21,890 nucleotides of DNA from Nitrospirota bacterium (GCA_029858565.1 JAOUEV010000055.1:1-21890), one strand, 5' to 3'. Shown: positions 8,696 to 17,678, counted from the first letter of the stretch. Program-made: numbers and translations. Notes: generated by a model not told the origin, from the sequence alone.

Positions 8696-9379
8696 ATGGC
8701 ATCACTCCAAGCCCTCTTTGAAAGATACGCGATGGTTTCCCTGGAAAAGCAGACCAGACTTGCCAGTCTGCTGGGAAACCATTTTTTCCAGATAGACCTG
8801 GAGGAGGGCAAGGCCCGGTTCAGCGACATCTGGGAATGCAATTTTCAGGTATTAGGAACGGAGTCGGACAACACGCTCAACTGGATCTGGGGATGGGCCG
8901 ATGAGCAGACGGAGGTTCCCGAGCACCTTCTCTCGGCAGCGCGGGAGCTCAGGAACTGGGGCTTGAGGAACAACGTGACTGAGCTTGCCACGCCATCGAT
9001 CGACCTGAACCATGCCGACGGCACCATGTTCGCCATGATCGCGTCATCGGTCTGCCGGGCCAATGCCTTCTACCGAGACCACTTTGAAGGCGGCTCTCTT
9101 TTCGTTCTGCTCTTTGGCGATGCGCTCGATCGTCAACCCGGGTTTGACCGGGCAGGATTCCTGCACGCACTGGAAGAGCACACCGCTGTCTACCCTGGAA
9201 ATCACCGCGCGCTGGTCGTTTCGTACTTCCGGGAGTTGAACCTGCCCTACCAGGAAAACAGCGGAACATTCTCCGGCGAGCTTGCCAACGGCGAACGCAT
9301 TGTCGCGGAATTCGATCCCGCCGGCATGATATCCACGATTAACGGAGAGGCGTTCCCTGCTGATGCGGGAGCTGTCTAA
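8696..9379 (+). CDS. Hypothetical protein, DUF6882-like
   Basis: 227 aa; FQVLGTES...WIWGWAD pattern recalled for DUF6882. Confidence 0.7.
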   Translation: MASLQALFERYAMVSLEKQTRLASLLGNHFFQIDLEEGKARFSDIWECNFQVLGTESDNTLNWIWGWADEQTEVPEHLLSAARELRNWGLRNNVTELATPSIDLNHADGTMFAMIASSVCRANAFYRDHFEGGSLFVLLFGDALDRQPGFDRAGFLHALEEHTAVYPGNHRALVVSYFRELNLPYQENSGTFSGELANGERIVAEFDPAGMISTINGEAFPADAGAV

Positions 9380-9385
9380 GAGCCT

Positions 9386-9772
9386 ATGGGAAAGGTCCTG
9401 ATTATCGATGATGACGACGCATTCCTGCACCTGCTGGAAGAATACGTCCACAAACGATTCCCGGAACTGGAGGTCGCGACCTGCAGTGATCCGGTACGTT
9501 GTCTCACGGCCATCACGACAGATCTGGATCTTTTGCTGGTAGACCTCGAAATGCCCGGTATTGACGGATCAAAGGTCCTTGCCTATGCCACGGCCAAGGG
9601 CATGAACAAGAACCGGATCGCGATCCTGTCAGGCAGGGATGCGGATTATCTTCATGAGAAGTTCCCCATGGGAAGCTGCCTGGCCGTCCTGAACAAGCAT
9701 GAGGCGCGGCAGAAAGAAGTTCTCGACATGGTGTTCGATTCACTGCAGAAGAAGAGCCGAACCCCGAAATAG
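9386..9772 (+). CDS. Single-domain response regulator (CheY-like)
   Basis: KVLIIDDD, LLLVDLEMPGIDG, ILSG, LNK; 6 nt after the upstream stop. Confidence 0.9.
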   Translation: MGKVLIIDDDDAFLHLLEEYVHKRFPELEVATCSDPVRCLTAITTDLDLLLVDLEMPGIDGSKVLAYATAKGMNKNRIAILSGRDADYLHEKFPMGSCLAVLNKHEARQKEVLDMVFDSLQKKSRTPK

Positions 9773-9974
9773 ACGGTCTCGCGACTATTATGCGGCACAA
9801 CGGTCAGAACGTCCCCTTCCGTATCTTTAGTGATCAGAGCCTGCCCGGGCTGCCGACGGGACAGCGACCCAAACAAGAGCGTTGGGATCGATGGGCCATA
9901 CCTTCCATGTTATCGTTGAATGCCTAGCGAAATGGCCACTTGTTTTTTCTCCTGCCCTGTGAGAACATCTCTCC

Positions 9975-10058
9975 ATGGCCGATCCGGTCGAGCATCCCAT
10001 CAACGGCACCCTGGACCTTCATTTGTTCCATCCTGAAGAGGTAAAGGAAAGGTTTTTT
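9975..10058 (+). pseudogene. N-terminal remnant of a small Smr/MutS2-domain gene
   Basis: MADPVEHPINGTLDLHLFHPEEVKE resembles the (V)xxPIDGTLDLHxFxPxEVK start of stand-alone Smr proteins; the remainder (IIHGKG) is absent. Confidence 0.55.
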
Positions 10059-10841
10059 ATGAATCTTCTCGATAAGCTCGAACGTAATTTTCGCGGCATG
10101 GCGATACCGAACATCACTCTCTACATCGTCATCGGCCAGGCGTTTTTTTACCTGGCCGCATATTCCGGCCAGCTTGACGTCTCGCGCATGCTGATGATCC
10201 CGTCCATGGTCCTGCAAGGTGAATGGTGGCGGCTGTTCTCTTTCATTTTCATCCCGCCTTCCGCAAGCATCGTGTTCGTATTCTTCGGTTTGTACTTCTT
10301 TTACATGATGGGCAGCGCCCTGGAAGGCCGCTGGGGAGCCTTCCGGTACAATATGTTCCTGCTGCTCGGGTGGCTTTTTACCGTGGCAGTCGCTTTTCTC
10401 ATTCCCAACGGAGTTGCCACAAACGTCTTTATCGGCGCATCTGTGTTCCTGGCATTTGCCCACCTCTATCCGGAGTTCACGATCTATATATTCTTCATTC
10501 TTCCGGTAAAGCTAAAATGGCTCGCGCTTCTTACCTGGATCGGCTACGCATTCTCGATCCTTTTCGGAACCTGGAGCACGCGGATATTCGTCCTGGCGTC
10601 TATCGGAAACTACCTGCTGTTCTTCGGGGACGATATTGTCTGGAGAATAAAGACCGGGCAGCGGAAGATGAAACACCAGGCCAAGACGATCTCAGGTTCC
10701 GGAGAGCCCTTCCACCGCTGCACGGTCTGCGGCAAGAGCGATGTTTCCCACCCGGACATGGAGTTCCGCTATTGTCCGGAATGCGGCGGCCTGGGATATT
10801 GCATGGACCATATCGAAGCCCACGAGCACCGGCCGAAATGA
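10059..10841 (+). CDS. Rhomboid-superfamily (derlin-like) membrane protein with C-terminal Cys/His zinc finger
   Basis: About 6 hydrophobic segments, GEWWRLFSFIFIP (WR motif), FLAFAHLYPE; tail HRCTVCG...FRYCPECGGLGYCMDHIEAHEH. ATG 10059 has an AAGGAAAGG RBS. Confidence 0.8.
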   Translation: MNLLDKLERNFRGMAIPNITLYIVIGQAFFYLAAYSGQLDVSRMLMIPSMVLQGEWWRLFSFIFIPPSASIVFVFFGLYFFYMMGSALEGRWGAFRYNMFLLLGWLFTVAVAFLIPNGVATNVFIGASVFLAFAHLYPEFTIYIFFILPVKLKWLALLTWIGYAFSILFGTWSTRIFVLASIGNYLLFFGDDIVWRIKTGQRKMKHQAKTISGSGEPFHRCTVCGKSDVSHPDMEFRYCPECGGLGYCMDHIEAHEHRPK

Positions 10842-10960
10842 CCAACGCTTTACTTCTATGCGGAGCGGCGATTTAACATGGATTGAGAACTGGCAAGGCA
10901 CAGGATGACTCGAAGAAAAAACGATAATTGCACTTCACCCGTAGAAATATATTTTGGTAT

Positions 10961-11338
10961 CTACTTCACCGCGATAAAATCGATCTCAACAAGCACATCT
11001 TTCGGCAAACGCGATACTTCCACGGTCGCACGTGCCGGTGGATCTGCAGAAAAATAGCTTCCGTAGACCTCGTTCACCGCAGCGAAATCCCCGATATTCC
11101 GAAGATAGATCGTTGTTTTTACCACCCGCGTCAGATCACTTCCTGCCGCCTCAATGACTGCCTTGCCGTTCTCCATCACTCTTTTCGTCTGATCACGCGC
11201 ATCTCCACCGACCACCTGGCCGGTCTTCGGATCAAGCGCGATCTGGCCGGAAACGAAAATGAACCCGTACGCCTCGATCGCCTGGGAATAAGGGCCGATG
11301 GCCTGGGGTGCCTTTTCGGTTTTGATAATATTTTTCAT
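10961..11338 (-). CDS. ridA: RidA (YjgF/YER057c/UK114) enamine/imine deaminase
   Basis: [41 protein letters not shown]. Start set at ATG 11338 because the ORF-track extension runs into a tandem repeat. Confidence 0.95.
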   Translation of the reverse strand: MKNIIKTEKAPQAIGPYSQAIEAYGFIFVSGQIALDPKTGQVVGGDARDQTKRVMENGKAVIEAAGSDLTRVVKTTIYLRNIGDFAAVNEVYGSYFSADPPARATVEVSRLPKDVLVEIDFIAVK

Positions 11339-11354
11339 TGGTTTTCCTGTCCTT

Positions 11355-11389
11355 AATTCCGAATTCCGCATTCCGAATTCCGAGTTCGG
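11355..11389. repeat. Heptamer tandem repeat (AATTCCG)x5, degenerate
   Basis: AATTCCG AATTCCG CATTCCG AATTCCG AGTTCGG, between the rel stop and the ridA RBS. Confidence 0.85.
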
Positions 11390-11390
11390 A

Positions 11391-13553
11391 TCATCCCGCT
11401 TTTACCCGTTTGACATCCAGCACACCATCGACGCTCTCGATGCTCTTGATGATCCGGTTCAGATGCTCGACATTGTTGATATCGATGGTAAAGTTCAAAA
11501 CAGCCTCTTTATCCTGATTGGTGGTCACTTCGGCATGGGTGATGTTAGCTTCAGCCGCACTGATCGATGACGAAACACTCGCCAATAGCCCCGGCCGGTC
11601 CTGGGTCCGTACCGTGATGCGCACGGAATGGCCGCCTTGGCGGAACTCACCCCAGGTCACTTCTATGAGCCGTTCCTTGTCAAAGGACATCTCGGACACG
11701 TTCGGGCAATCAGAGGTATGGACCGAGATGCCCCGGCCGCGGGTAATGAATCCCACGACCTTGTCCCCGGGAACGGGATTGCAGCATTTGGAAAGATGGA
11801 ACAGCATCTCGTCCATGCCGCCTATCTTCATACCCGAACCCTGTGATTTCTTTTCGCCCGAGGGGGCTGGTTTTTTCAGGGGTTTCTTCGGGATCGGCTC
11901 GATATGGGGCCGGTCCGGGGCGAGCTTGTTCGCGACCATGTGCGCCGAGACCTTCCCGTATCCGATCGCGGCGAGCAGATCGTCCACGGTGTTGTTGGAA
12001 AGTTCCTGGGCAACGCGTGGCAGGTCCTCTGATTTGAAGACCTTCGACGGGTTCAGGTCGTGCTTGCGCAGGTCCTTTTCGAGCAGTTCCTTGCCGAGCA
12101 GGATGCTGCGTCGGCGTTCCTCGGTCTTGACCCAGGCCTTGATCCTTGCCCTGGCCTTGGACGTCTTGACGAACTTGAGCCAGTCCCTGCTCGGCGTGTG
12201 GCCGGTCTGCGTGATCACCTCGATCCGGTCGCCGTTCTGCAGGACATGTTTGATCGGAACGATCTTGCCGTTGATCTTGGCGCCCACGCACTGATGTCCG
12301 ATGTCCGTGTGCACGGCATAGGCAAAATCAACAGGCGTCGATCCCTGGGGCAGTTCGCGCACATCACCTTTCGGCGTGAACACGTACACCACATCAGGAA
12401 AGAGATCGCCCTTGACCGTGTCCATGAACTCCCTGGCGTCAGGAAGTTCGCGCTGCCACTCGAGGAGCTGCCGCAGCCAGGCGAACTGCTGTTCTTCGCG
12501 CTGGGATACGGCCGATTTCTCCTTGTATCTCCAGTGGGCGGCGATGCCTTCTTCCGCAAGTCGATGCATCTCTTCCGTCCGGATCTGGAACTCCACGCGT
12601 TCGCCCTTGGGGGCGATGACGGTCGTGTGCAGCGATTGGTACAGGTTCGATTTCGGAACACCGATAAAATCCTTGAACCTGCCGGGGACCGGCGTCCAGA
12701 GCGAATGGATAAGCCCCAATATGGCGTAACAGTTCACCTTCGTGTCCGTTATGATGCGCACCGCGATCATGTCGTACACATCATCGAACGAAATGCCCTG
12801 TTTCTGCATCTTCTGCCAGATGCCGTAAAAATGCTTGGGCCGCCCTTTCACCTCGCCCTTGTATCCATGTTCGGCAAGCTGGCGCTTCACGACCTCGAGC
12901 AGTTCGTTGATATAGGACAGCCGCTCCACCTTCTTTTCCGCAACGCGGCGGGCGATCTCCTGGTATTCCTCGGTATGGAGGTACATGAACGAAATGTCCT
13001 CAAGCTCGGTCTTGAACTTCTGGATTCCGAGGCGGTTCGCCAGAGGCACATAGATATCCTGCGTTTCCTGGGCAACCTTGATCTGCTTTTCCGGCGGGAG
13101 GAACGTCAAGGTCCGCATATTATGCAGCCGATCAGCAAGCTTTATCAGGATGACCCGGATATCGTTCGCCATGGCCACGATCATTTTTCGGAAGTTCTGC
13201 GCCTCGCGCTCTTCGCGGCTCTGCAATTCTATCCGGGACAGTTTGGTCATGCCGTCCACGAGCTTCGCAACCTCGTCGCCGAAGAGTTCCTTGATCTCCT
13301 CGTAGGTCGAGGAAGTGTCTTCGATGGTATCGTGGAGTATGGCTGCCGTGACCGTTGCGGGATCCAGACGCAGATCAGCGAGGATCTTCGCGACCTCGAT
13401 AGGATGTATGAGGTAGGACTCCCCGGAAAGCCGCACCTGTCCCTGATGCACCTTTGCCGAGTAGATGTATGCACGCCGTATCATGTCCACATCCGCATCA
13501 GGATGGGAACTCTGTACGCGCTCTACGATGTCTTCAAGACGTACTATTGCCAT
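11391..13553 (-). CDS. relA: Bifunctional (p)ppGpp synthetase/hydrolase (long RSH, Rel)
   Basis: Intact HD motif [36 protein letters not shown] ([11 protein letters not shown]), CCNPVPGD zinc finger, ACT (DRPGLLA). Confidence 0.97.
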   Translation of the reverse strand: MAIVRLEDIVERVQSSHPDADVDMIRRAYIYSAKVHQGQVRLSGESYLIHPIEVAKILADLRLDPATVTAAILHDTIEDTSSTYEEIKELFGDEVAKLVDGMTKLSRIELQSREEREAQNFRKMIVAMANDIRVILIKLADRLHNMRTLTFLPPEKQIKVAQETQDIYVPLANRLGIQKFKTELEDISFMYLHTEEYQEIARRVAEKKVERLSYINELLEVVKRQLAEHGYKGEVKGRPKHFYGIWQKMQKQGISFDDVYDMIAVRIITDTKVNCYAILGLIHSLWTPVPGRFKDFIGVPKSNLYQSLHTTVIAPKGERVEFQIRTEEMHRLAEEGIAAHWRYKEKSAVSQREEQQFAWLRQLLEWQRELPDAREFMDTVKGDLFPDVVYVFTPKGDVRELPQGSTPVDFAYAVHTDIGHQCVGAKINGKIVPIKHVLQNGDRIEVITQTGHTPSRDWLKFVKTSKARARIKAWVKTEERRRSILLGKELLEKDLRKHDLNPSKVFKSEDLPRVAQELSNNTVDDLLAAIGYGKVSAHMVANKLAPDRPHIEPIPKKPLKKPAPSGEKKSQGSGMKIGGMDEMLFHLSKCCNPVPGDKVVGFITRGRGISVHTSDCPNVSEMSFDKERLIEVTWGEFRQGGHSVRITVRTQDRPGLLASVSSSISAAEANITHAEVTTNQDKEAVLNFTIDINNVEHLNRIIKSIESVDGVLDVKRVKAG

Positions 13554-13614
13554 GCATTCGTTCCCTTGCGCTGTTCAACAACAGCCTCTCATGACCGTGT
13601 CTTGCGTTTCATGG

Positions 13615-15375
13615 TCATTCATCCACTTTGATGTCCCGAACATCAAGTTCGATGTTCGACATGTTATTCCAGGTGTTCATGCGGGGAGTGAACACGACCG
13701 CGATGCGTTTTCCCGGTCGCAGTCGCGATCCGAACTGTTCGCCCTTGCCGTAAGCGATCGCCTCAAAAGACAGTGATGACTCTTTCTGGCGAAGACGCAT
13801 TTTCACGTGTTTGCTCCCGTTGCCCACGGTTCTTACGGACAGGACCTCGAGTTCCTTTGAACCAAGTCGGGGCTCGGGATTTCCCTGTCCATAAGGAGAC
13901 ATCCGGTCTATATCGTTCAGGAGGTCAAGATTGATCTCGTTGAACGTTATCGGAGCGTCAATGGTCATTTTCCGCACAAAACCGCCTGCCCCCAGCGATT
14001 CCCTCACATCAGCACTCAACCGTTCCTGCAGGCGCGGTACCTGTTCCTCGGAGATCGACAGTCCTGCGGCGTATTTATGGCCGCCGAAGCCCAGGAGTAT
14101 GTCGGAACATCTCGACAGGCCGCTGTATAGATCGTAACCAGGAATGCTGCGCGCCGAACCCTTTCCTACACCGTCCTTGACGGCGATTAGCACGGCCGGC
14201 CGGTAAAACTCGTCGGAGATCCGGGAGGCCACGATCCCCACAACGCCGGGATGCCATGCGGGCGAGGAAAGGACAAATGCCCCGGTAGCAGCTGGATCAA
14301 AGGCGAGGCATCGTTCCCGCGCTTCCTTCCAGATGGATTCTTCCACTGCCTGCCGCTCCCTGTTCACCGCATCGAGGTCATTGGCAAGCCTGCCTGCCTC
14401 GCCGGGGTCATCAGTGGTCAGCAGTCGGAAGGCCGTATCCGCCCGTGCGAGCCTGCCGCTGGCATTGATGCGCGGAGCAAGGGAAAAACCCACGGTCCCG
14501 ACCGTCACCCGCTTGCCCGATATCCCCGCTGCTTGTTTGAGCGCTGCGACACCAGGCCTCAGCATGGCATCATTCGAGGAAAGCATATTCAGACCGTGAC
14601 GTACTAGGATCCGGTTCTCACCGGTGATCCTGCCCATGTCCGCCACCGTTCCGAGCGTGACCAGGTCGAGATACTTCTGCACAACTGGATCGGAGCTTTC
14701 GGCCTTCAACAGGCCCTGTACGAGCTTGAATGCCATGCCTACCCCGGTCAGGCCGCTCACCCGCTGCCTGACATCTTCAGAGGCGTTCTCGGACAAGAGC
14801 GACGGATGCAGGATGGCAAATGCCCTGGGGAACACTGACGCCTGCCCGTGATCCGAGCCGCTGCGCATGGCATCTGATTCGTGATGGTCCGTGATGATAA
14901 GGTCGATCCCCAGACTCCGGGCGTGGTCCGCTTCCCTGAGCGCGCTGATGCCGCAATCCACGGTTATGACAAGCCGCACACCTGCCCCGGCAAGCCGTCC
15001 CAGGGCGTCCGAATTAAGACCATAGCCTTCGGACATCCGGTCGGGAATATAGGCCTGCACGTCGGCTCCCAGGTCCCTGAGCGCGAGGAACAGCACCGCA
15101 GATCCGGTGACGCCGTCCACGTCATAGTCTCCGAACACCGTTATCGGTTCATGACGCCTGATGGCTTCGCTGATCCGCGTGACAGCCTGGTCCATGTCCC
15201 GGAAGGTTCGCGGATCGGAAAGAGAGGAGAGTTCAGTGGAAAGAAAAGAACGTGCGGCTGACAGATCGCCGATACCGCGCACGACAAGGAGACGGGCCAT
15301 GAGCGGCGATATCCCGGTCTCGCGTGAGAGCAGCGCTGCCGCTCCCGCATCGTGCTCTGCCAGAACCCACTTCAT
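13615..15375 (-). CDS. recJ: ssDNA-specific exonuclease RecJ
   Basis: GDYDVDG, TVDCG, TDHH, LGTVAD, APRINASGRL, DHHA1 FGGHKYAAG, PYGQGNPEP. Confidence 0.97.
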   Translation of the reverse strand: MKWVLAEHDAGAAALLSRETGISPLMARLLVVRGIGDLSAARSFLSTELSSLSDPRTFRDMDQAVTRISEAIRRHEPITVFGDYDVDGVTGSAVLFLALRDLGADVQAYIPDRMSEGYGLNSDALGRLAGAGVRLVITVDCGISALREADHARSLGIDLIITDHHESDAMRSGSDHGQASVFPRAFAILHPSLLSENASEDVRQRVSGLTGVGMAFKLVQGLLKAESSDPVVQKYLDLVTLGTVADMGRITGENRILVRHGLNMLSSNDAMLRPGVAALKQAAGISGKRVTVGTVGFSLAPRINASGRLARADTAFRLLTTDDPGEAGRLANDLDAVNRERQAVEESIWKEARERCLAFDPAATGAFVLSSPAWHPGVVGIVASRISDEFYRPAVLIAVKDGVGKGSARSIPGYDLYSGLSRCSDILLGFGGHKYAAGLSISEEQVPRLQERLSADVRESLGAGGFVRKMTIDAPITFNEINLDLLNDIDRMSPYGQGNPEPRLGSKELEVLSVRTVGNGSKHVKMRLRQKESSLSFEAIAYGKGEQFGSRLRPGKRIAVVFTPRMNTWNNMSNIELDVRDIKVDE

Positions 15376-15393
15376 ACAAGGGGGCGGGAGGAA

Positions 15394-15576
15394 CTACGCT
15401 TTGTTCTCAGGTTTCGACGAGTCTTTCGTGGAATCAGTACCGTCGGATATTCCCTTTTTGAAACCTTTGATCGCCTTGCCCAGCCCTTCGCCGAGCTGCG
15501 GAAGACGGTTCGCTCCAAAGATGATGACGACGATCACGAGAACAACGATCAGTTCCGGCATGCCCAATCCGAACAT
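15394..15576 (-). CDS. tatA: Twin-arginine translocase TatA/E subunit
   Basis: [41 protein letters not shown]; GGAGG RBS inside the mobA 3' end. Confidence 0.95.
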   Translation of the reverse strand: MFGLGMPELIVVLVIVVIIFGANRLPQLGEGLGKAIKGFKKGISDGTDSTKDSSKPENKA

Positions 15577-16139
15577 ACAACCTCCTTGTACTCTTCCGGC
15601 GTATTGATATTCACAAAGGAACGATGCCGGGGATCGAACCGGTCGATCTCATCCTCGGCAACGAACCGGACGTTTGCTCCATCGAAGAGCCGCTGTATCT
15701 TCCGCTCCCCGTTCTTCAGGAACGATTCCATGACCGGAAGCAGCCGCCGATGATAGATAGCATGCAATGGTTCGGAAAGACCCTGTATACGGGGAACCAC
15801 CGCATCGTAGTCCCCTACCTGGTCCTGCAGATAGGTGATCAGAGGAACGTTGAGATAAGGCATGTCGCAGGCGCTCACGAAATGCAGGTCTTCACAGGAC
15901 GAACGTATTCCGGAATAGATGCCGGTGAGTGGGCCCCGTATGTCAAATGCATCTTCTGCGACAACCACCGGATAAGACCGGAAAATCTGGGGTGTCCTCG
16001 TTACAATGATCGTCTGCGTGAAAAGCGACCCGTGTACGGCCAGTATATGCTCAATGAGAGGCTTGCCTTCGACTTCGAGGAAGGCCTTGTCCGATCCCAT
16101 GCGGCTGTTCTCTCCACCGGCCAGAATTACGCCTATCAT
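15549..16139 (-). CDS. mobA: Molybdenum cofactor guanylyltransferase
   Basis: [45 protein letters not shown]. Confidence 0.93.
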   Translation of the reverse strand: MIGVILAGGENSRMGSDKAFLEVEGKPLIEHILAVHGSLFTQTIIVTRTPQIFRSYPVVVAEDAFDIRGPLTGIYSGIRSSCEDLHFVSACDMPYLNVPLITYLQDQVGDYDAVVPRIQGLSEPLHAIYHRRLLPVMESFLKNGERKIQRLFDGANVRFVAEDEIDRFDPRHRSFVNINTPEEYKEVVCSDWACRN

Positions 16140-16144
16140 GTGTA

Positions 16145-16173
16145 AAGTTACCGTATTTACCAGAGGGTGTCAA
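16145..16173 (-). promoter_or_regulatory. Sigma70-type promoter of mobA, leaderless configuration
   Basis: Minus strand TTGACA (16173-16168), 17-nt spacer, TAACTT (16150-16145), then 5 nt to ATG. Confidence 0.5.
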
Positions 16174-16234
16174 CAGCGAACTTCCCGGTCAGCAGGCGTT
16201 ATTAAGCAGATTTTTCGCTTCTTCAATGTCATTC

Positions 16235-16257
16235 AAACGGGAACGACGTTCCCTTTT
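16235..16257. promoter_or_regulatory. Palindromic putative operator between divergent promoters
   Basis: AAAC GGGAACG A CGTTCCC TTTT; perfect 7-1-7 core at 16239-16253. Confidence 0.45.
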
Positions 16258-16289
16258 GTACTAAAACAACCTCAATCTGTAATTTTATA

Positions 16290-16319
16290 TTGACAGAAAC
16301 ACTGTTTGGTCTTTATAGT
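16290..16319 (+). promoter_or_regulatory. Sigma70-type promoter of the metal/redox cluster, leaderless configuration
   Basis: TTGACA (16290-16295), 18-nt spacer, TATAGT (16314-16319), then 6 nt to ATG 16326. Confidence 0.6.
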
Positions 16320-16325
16320 GCTTAC

Positions 16326-16610
16326 ATGAGAGTGGCTGTTATCATCGTTCTTTGCGCTATTCTTATGAGCGCTCTACTGCCGCCGGCCTTACCGCTCCTT
16401 GCACTGTATGGCGGTGCCCAAACGATCGGACAGCTGGACGTCTGTCATTCCGCTGTTCCTGCTTTGTCAGGCAGCGGCGATATGCCTTGCCTTGGTGAGT
16501 GCTCCTGCAGACCCGTACCGCCCGTCATTGTCAGATCCGCTGATACTTTCACTCCTGTTTTTGTCCAGACAGTGTATTCCACGCAGAACGAACGTCCCCC
16601 GAAAGCCTAG
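16326..16610 (+). CDS. Small exported Cys-rich protein ending in RPP (DUF2946-like; putative ribosome-arrest leader)
   Basis: 94 aa: hydrophobic N-terminus, LDVCH, CLGECSC, Pro-rich linker, C-terminal ERPPKA*. Confidence 0.7.
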   Translation: MRVAVIIVLCAILMSALLPPALPLLALYGGAQTIGQLDVCHSAVPALSGSGDMPCLGECSCRPVPPVIVRSADTFTPVFVQTVYSTQNERPPKA

Positions 16611-16707
16611 TCCGTCTTTTTCCGAAACGTCCGAGAAAATGAGCACTACCGTTCCGTCCTCATGCTGATTCGTGTCTGCATGGCCGCGGAACGTCTCCCC
16701 TAACCTC

Positions 16708-16774
16708 GGCTCCGCTTCGGGAATATCTGATTTCCCTTTAGAATTCACTAGATCCGAAGCGGAGCCATTTTTTT
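16708..16774 (+). terminator. Intrinsic terminator / attenuator-like stem with U tract
   Basis: Perfect 13-bp stem GGCTCCGCTTCGG (16708-16720) / CCGAAGCGGAGCC (16754-16766), 33-nt loop, followed by A and T7. Confidence 0.6.
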
Positions 16775-16836
16775 ACTTACACCATGGAGCCATCGAGTTC
16801 CATGTATTCCAGTACTCTGAATGAGGGAGGATCGTG

Positions 16837-17649
16837 ATGGATTTCAAGAAGATCGGTGATGCAGAAATATCCCGCAGGGACCTTATGCTCGGCGCAGGCA
16901 AGGTGGCGATCGGTGCCGCAGGAATCGCAGCGCTCTCATCTGGTGGTTTCGGTTTGATCAGGAACGCTGAAGCCAAGGAAGGATCCACGGAGAAGTGGCC
17001 CTGGCCGTATGTAAAGCTCGACCCTGACAAAACCGCTGAACTCGCCTACAACGAGTGGTACCGCGTCTTTTGCGGCGCCGCGGTCATCAGCAGCGTGTTC
17101 ACCCAGCTCCGGGAGAAAATCGGTGAGCCCTACAAGTCCTTCCCCATCGATTCTTTCGTCTTCCTCGAAGGCGGCATGGCAGGCTGGGGCACGGTCTGCG
17201 GTTCCAATGCCGGCGCCAACGTCGTGAGCAACGTGATCATTGGTCCCCGGATTGCAGGACCTGACTGCGAACACGGCCATTCTGTCGGGTCGGACATGAT
17301 GGACTGGTACTCCAATACCGCTCTTCCGATTTTTACACCCAAGGAACCAAAACAGAAGACCGCAATTATCCAGACCACGGCAAACTCACCGCTCTGCCAT
17401 GTTTCGGTCGGCAAGTGGATGAAGAAATCCGGCTTCGCGCTCGGGAGCGCCGAGCGCAAGGACCGTTGTGCCCGTGTGGCTGCGAGCGTTGCACACAAGC
17501 TGGTGGTAGATCTGAACGCATGGAAGGACGGCAAGTTCGAGCCCAAATCCTCCTGGACCCCGGGCAAGTCCGTCGGGATCACGGGTCAGCAGAATTGCAA
17601 CGAATGCCACGGCTCGAACATCCCCACCCCGCCGATGGCAAAGAAGTAG
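16837..17649 (+). CDS. Tat-exported C-GCAxxG-C-C family protein, split-Soret cytochrome c-like
   Basis: SRRDLML twin-arginine signal with AEA cleavage site; WPWPYVKLDP, GGMAGWGTVCG, SPLCHVSV, ERKDRCAR, C-terminal CNECH. GGAGG lies 6 nt before ATG 16837 (alternative GTG 16834). Confidence 0.85.
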   Translation: MDFKKIGDAEISRRDLMLGAGKVAIGAAGIAALSSGGFGLIRNAEAKEGSTEKWPWPYVKLDPDKTAELAYNEWYRVFCGAAVISSVFTQLREKIGEPYKSFPIDSFVFLEGGMAGWGTVCGSNAGANVVSNVIIGPRIAGPDCEHGHSVGSDMMDWYSNTALPIFTPKEPKQKTAIIQTTANSPLCHVSVGKWMKKSGFALGSAERKDRCARVAASVAHKLVVDLNAWKDGKFEPKSSWTPGKSVGITGQQNCNECHGSNIPTPPMAKK

Positions 17650-17676
17650 GTCATAGTAGGTCATAATAGGTCATAA
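17647..17676 (+). repeat. 10-mer tandem repeat TAGGTCATA(G/A) x3
   Basis: TAGGTCATAG TAGGTCATAA TAGGTCATAA starting at the stop codon. Confidence 0.85.
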
Positions 17677-17678
17677 CA

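Noticed and set aside
12060-13631. 523-aa plus-strand ORF, and similar long antisense ORFs over dnaE and the GGDEF gene (e.g. 7607-8584)
   Set aside because: Antisense shadows of well-conserved genes with GC-rich codon usage; no recognisable motifs
15549-15576. Cys-containing MobA tail ([10 protein letters not shown]) as a metal motif
   Set aside because: Explained by the 28-nt overlap with the tatA start in another frame
17647-17676. Tandem repeats here and at 11355 as CRISPR remnants
   Set aside because: Units are 7-10 nt with no spacers, and no cas genes are present
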